From Cyanobacteria bacterium P01_F01_bin.150 (GTDB lineage: Bacteria > Cyanobacteriota > Cyanobacteriia > CAKZMO01): a stretch of 64,000 bases of DNA. Position 1 is the stretch's first letter, and every line of letters begins with the position of its first letter. The DNA is taken from positions 117,768 to 181,767 of the forward strand of contig JBCCYL010000002.1 in assembly GCA_039189765.1 (NCBI GenBank), given 5' to 3'. Below the pieces are notes generated by a model, which made no database searches, was not told the DNA's origin, and worked only from the letters and a program-made list of their open reading frames with translations. Of this stretch, positions 61,090-64,000 are shown piece after piece. Position numbers and translations under genes: made by a program.

Positions 61090-62475
61090 TCACTGTGCCT
61101 CCGCAAAAGAAGTCGGCTTAAGCGATAGTTGATTGACAAGGGCCTCGTAAAACTGATTGGCTAAAACCTCCGTCGCCTCATCGGTTAAACTCGCTGGGCT
61201 TTGGAAAACTTGTTCCGGAAACGAAGCGTAGACTGAAGATAAATTAATTACAGTGGCATTTGCTGACTGCTTGGCTACTTGACTGGCCTGAGCATTTAAA
61301 CGCTCATACCCGGCTTTCATCCACTGCTGGTAAGCATCATTTAAAGTGGACAAAATTTCTGCCTCTACGGGCTTGAGCTTGTCAACGGCCCGCCCAGTAA
61401 TCTCTGGCTGAATACCAATAATGAGTCTTTTTTGATTCGCTGATGCCCATTGCACCATCTTATTTAGATTGTCTTGGTAGCGCTGTACCCGTTGTTCCAG
61501 TTCGGCGGTATCCTCTCCCACATAGTCATTGAAGGATGCTCTAGCTTCCGATGTTGCAATGTTTAGGGGATTTTTCAGCGCAGATTGTTGAGGTTGAGTA
61601 CGGTTCCTGTGATGCTGATAAATTTTAATCGCCACTAGCTGATTGATGGTGTGTTGGATGCGATCGCTAACTTGACTAACTATCCCCGGAGCTTTACTGT
61701 GCGATAGTTTATCCAGGCCTGGGATGTCAGACGCGATCTGATCGCTGGGTAGTAAAAGATCCGGATGCCCATTAAGCAAAATCACAATATCAGGACTGTG
61801 GTGCATCACCTGATGCATCAATTGAGCTAAATCATTGCCAGAAGCATATCCTGGTACTGCGGCATTAATGACTCTATATTGGCCATCTTTGATCCGAGGC
61901 TGTAGGGCAAGGGCATCTTCAACTTGATCGGCCCAGTATGGTAAAACAACAGGCTGAAAAGCATCTGGGTTTGTTCGTTGCTGGTCAATTCTTTGCGCTA
62001 ACAACGCCTCTAATCTATGGGCCAATGTATGAGCATTACTTGTATTAAGCTGCCCAAACGCTGTAGACCCACCCAAAATGAAAATACGGATTTCTCCGTC
62101 TTCTTTTTCGAGCGGTAGGGACTCATCTTCTCGAAAACCCTGGTTGTTCAGCGACCAGAATTTATTGGCTTGATTGGGTAGAAGCTGATATCCCAATAAA
62201 GGATTCCGCTTTGCCCACAGTTGCCCTTGCTCTGGCTGCTCTTCATAGGGCCTATTGTCAGAACTAACAAACTGAAGCTGGTATCCCTGGGTTCGTTCCT
62301 GAGCCGCATTCTCTACTTCTGCGACATTAAAACCTGTCGCTAAGGTGACTAGTCGGGCCAATAGTTCAATGCCAATGGGAACGCTTATTATCAAAAGCGT
62401 TGCCGTCAACCAAGGTGAACGGGACGAGCGACGACTCCACCGAGATCGACGACGACGACTCTTTAGCAACAACAT
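61090..62475 (-). CDS. SGNH/GDSL hydrolase-like membrane-anchored protein
   Basis: NNQGFR, RIFILGGSTAFG and VINAAVPGYAS. Confidence 0.8.
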   Translation of the reverse strand: MLLLKSRRRRSRWSRRSSRSPWLTATLLIISVPIGIELLARLVTLATGFNVAEVENAAQERTQGYQLQFVSSDNRPYEEQPEQGQLWAKRNPLLGYQLLPNQANKFWSLNNQGFREDESLPLEKEDGEIRIFILGGSTAFGQLNTSNAHTLAHRLEALLAQRIDQQRTNPDAFQPVVLPYWADQVEDALALQPRIKDGQYRVINAAVPGYASGNDLAQLMHQVMHHSPDIVILLNGHPDLLLPSDQIASDIPGLDKLSHSKAPGIVSQVSDRIQHTINQLVAIKIYQHHRNRTQPQQSALKNPLNIATSEARASFNDYVGEDTAELEQRVQRYQDNLNKMVQWASANQKRLIIGIQPEITGRAVDKLKPVEAEILSTLNDAYQQWMKAGYERLNAQASQVAKQSANATVINLSSVYASFPEQVFQSPASLTDEATEVLANQFYEALVNQLSLKPTSFAEAQ

Positions 62476-62921
62476 AACAAGCGTTCCTCATATCCTTTGG
62501 GCAAACGGGTAGCTAGCACATCCTCACAGGGGTCGATATTTATGCTGTAGCTTCAACATTGTAGTGACCCTGAAATATCATTCGATGTTCCCCACTTCTA
62601 CACTTATGCACCCTGCATATCAGTACTCTTTGATCTTTGTATTCAATGCAGGCACTTTTCTTGCCTGCGTTGAATGAAGAATAATATGAGAGCATTCTAC
62701 TACTGGTCTAATTACTGGCCTAATTTACTAAAGCTCCATAAAACGGAGATTAACTTTGGGCAGGTAGTATGAGCATGTCACCCCCACACTATCGTCAATT
62801 CTATTTCGCTTCAAAACGAAACCCTATAAAACTTTGGTGAATCAGACTAGCAATTAGATGGATAATAAGTGCGTTGTTCAGTTTGTGATGTGGCAATTAC
62901 CACAGGCAAGGGGGAAATACC

Positions 62922-63386
62922 GTGCGGATTTTCTTGGTTGCAGCTCTAATAGTGGCATTTCTCGCCATTGTATTTGCATTGCAAAATGCCTATGCCATCG
63001 CCATTACATTTGGGGTTTGGCGAGTAACGGCCTCACTTGCACTTATCTTATTGATTACATTGGGCCTTGGCCTAATTACAGGGTTACTGGTCTCCACACC
63101 AGCGGTCATTCGTCGTAACCTTAAAATCGCCAAGTACAAAAGGCAAATTTCTGAGCTACAGCAAGATTTGGATGATGTAAACCGAGAATTGAGTCATCAA
63201 CAGCAGCTTTTAGCTCAAGCCCATGAAGATATCACTGAGCAACAGACTCGCCTTGATCGACAGTTACCTTCTACTCCCCAGCCATCATCCGCCCAAATCG
63301 TAGAACCATTGCCTCAGAAACAATTACCAGAACCAACAGATATTGAAACGGCTGAGCTGATTGAAGATAGCGAGGATTGGATTTAG
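62922..63386 (+). CDS. LapA/DUF1049 family membrane protein
   Basis: IVFALQN, two TMs and a coiled coil. Confidence 0.8.
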   Translation: MRIFLVAALIVAFLAIVFALQNAYAIAITFGVWRVTASLALILLITLGLGLITGLLVSTPAVIRRNLKIAKYKRQISELQQDLDDVNRELSHQQQLLAQAHEDITEQQTRLDRQLPSTPQPSSAQIVEPLPQKQLPEPTDIETAELIEDSEDWI

Positions 63387-63489
63387 CTTCTAATCCCTGG
63401 CTTCGAACACCTTGGCAGTCCAGCAAAGGCTTTGCTCGGGGCCAGATTCCACTTGGAACAGGTTTAACGTTAGCTTCTTTCTCAGAATC

Positions 63490-63570
63490 GGCTTAAAGCT
63501 TAAGCCGGAAAGAATTTAACGGGATACCGGGGCGTGGAGTATCCCAGTATCCCGCTTTAAAGTACAAGCC
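63490..63570. repeat. 81-bp structured dispersed repeat, copy C
   Basis: GGCTTAAAGCTTAAGCCGG...CTTTAAAGTACAAGCC. Confidence 0.85.
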
Positions 63571-63608
63571 TCAGAATCTAAAGAAAATGAGTAATCACAT
63601 ATTTTTTG

Positions 63609-63637
63609 TTTACAAAACTAAACTACATCAGTATGAT
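63609..63637 (+). promoter_or_regulatory. psbA sigma70-type promoter
   Basis: -35 TTTACA (63609) and -10 TATGAT (63632) with a 17-bp spacer. Confidence 0.65.
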
Positions 63638-63706
63638 GTTTACATAGGTTAATAAAGCCTATAAAAAATAAATACACTCATTGCATTTGCAAGGATTCAT
63701 AATCTA

Positions 63707-64000
63707 ATGACGACTACTCTACAGCAGCGCGAAAGCGCTAACTTGTGGGAGCAGTTCTGTGGTTGGGTAACTAGCACTAACAACCGCCTATATGTGGGTT
63801 GGTTCGGCGTGTTGATGATCCCTACCCTACTAACTGCCACCATCTGCTACATCATCGCTTTCGTAGCAGCACCTCCCGTTGACATCGACGGAATCCGTGA
63901 GCCTGTTGCAGGTTCCTTGATCTTGGGTAACAACATCATTTCTGGTGCGGTTATTCCTTCCTCTAACGCTATCGGTTTGCACTTCTACCCCATCTGGGAA
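63707..64000 (+). CDS. psbA: Photosystem II D1 protein (3'-truncated by the window edge)
   Basis: [42 protein letters not shown]...[12 protein letters not shown]. Confidence 0.99.
   Translation, partial: MTTTLQQRESANLWEQFCGWVTSTNNRLYVGWFGVLMIPTLLTATICYIIAFVAAPPVDIDGIREPVAGSLILGNNIISGAVIPSSNAIGLHFYPIWE

Noticed and set aside
1..64000. Abundant GCGATCGC octamers as a novel repeat
   Set aside because: This is the well-known cyanobacterial HIP1 sequence

Overview
This is a cyanobacterial chromosome segment: HIP1 GCGATCGC is frequent and psbA, chlH, ycf54 and cpeY are present. cpeY suggests a phycoerythrin-containing strain. The housekeeping and photosynthesis genes are phoH, a transaldolase, rpmB, clpS, fbaA, a Z-ISO/NnrU gene, trxC, a PucC-type MFS transporter, ycf54, bcp, chlH, cpeY and psbA. 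Accessory blocks interrupt them: (i) a nitrogen-scavenging ABC transporter/amidohydrolase cluster with twin NtcA-like boxes; (ii) an AT-rich NTPase-TPR plus peptidoglycan-binding gene pair; (iii) a toxin-antitoxin cluster; (iv) an AT-rich patatin-like island next to a duplicated chlH 3' end. The standout locus (32.9-42.3 kb) is a nucleosidase-VMAP / MoxR / vWA ternary conflict system. Its vWA protein ends in an FGE-type C-type-lectin (CLec) domain and is followed by three stand-alone FGE/CLec genes. All four share a 117-bp 3' region that varies mainly at codon positions 1-2 of NNC/NNT codons, the signature of diversity-generating retroelement (DGR) mutagenesis. No reverse transcriptase or template repeat is visible in the window. 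The vWA protein's linker carries four tandem copies of a beta-strand-like motif that the three free CLec proteins appear to lack, suggesting a scaffold that docks several hypervariable receptors. Also present are a DnaA-box cluster away from dnaA/dnaN, a RAYT transposase remnant with REP elements, and several structured dispersed repeats. All family assignments come from motif recognition, not database searches.
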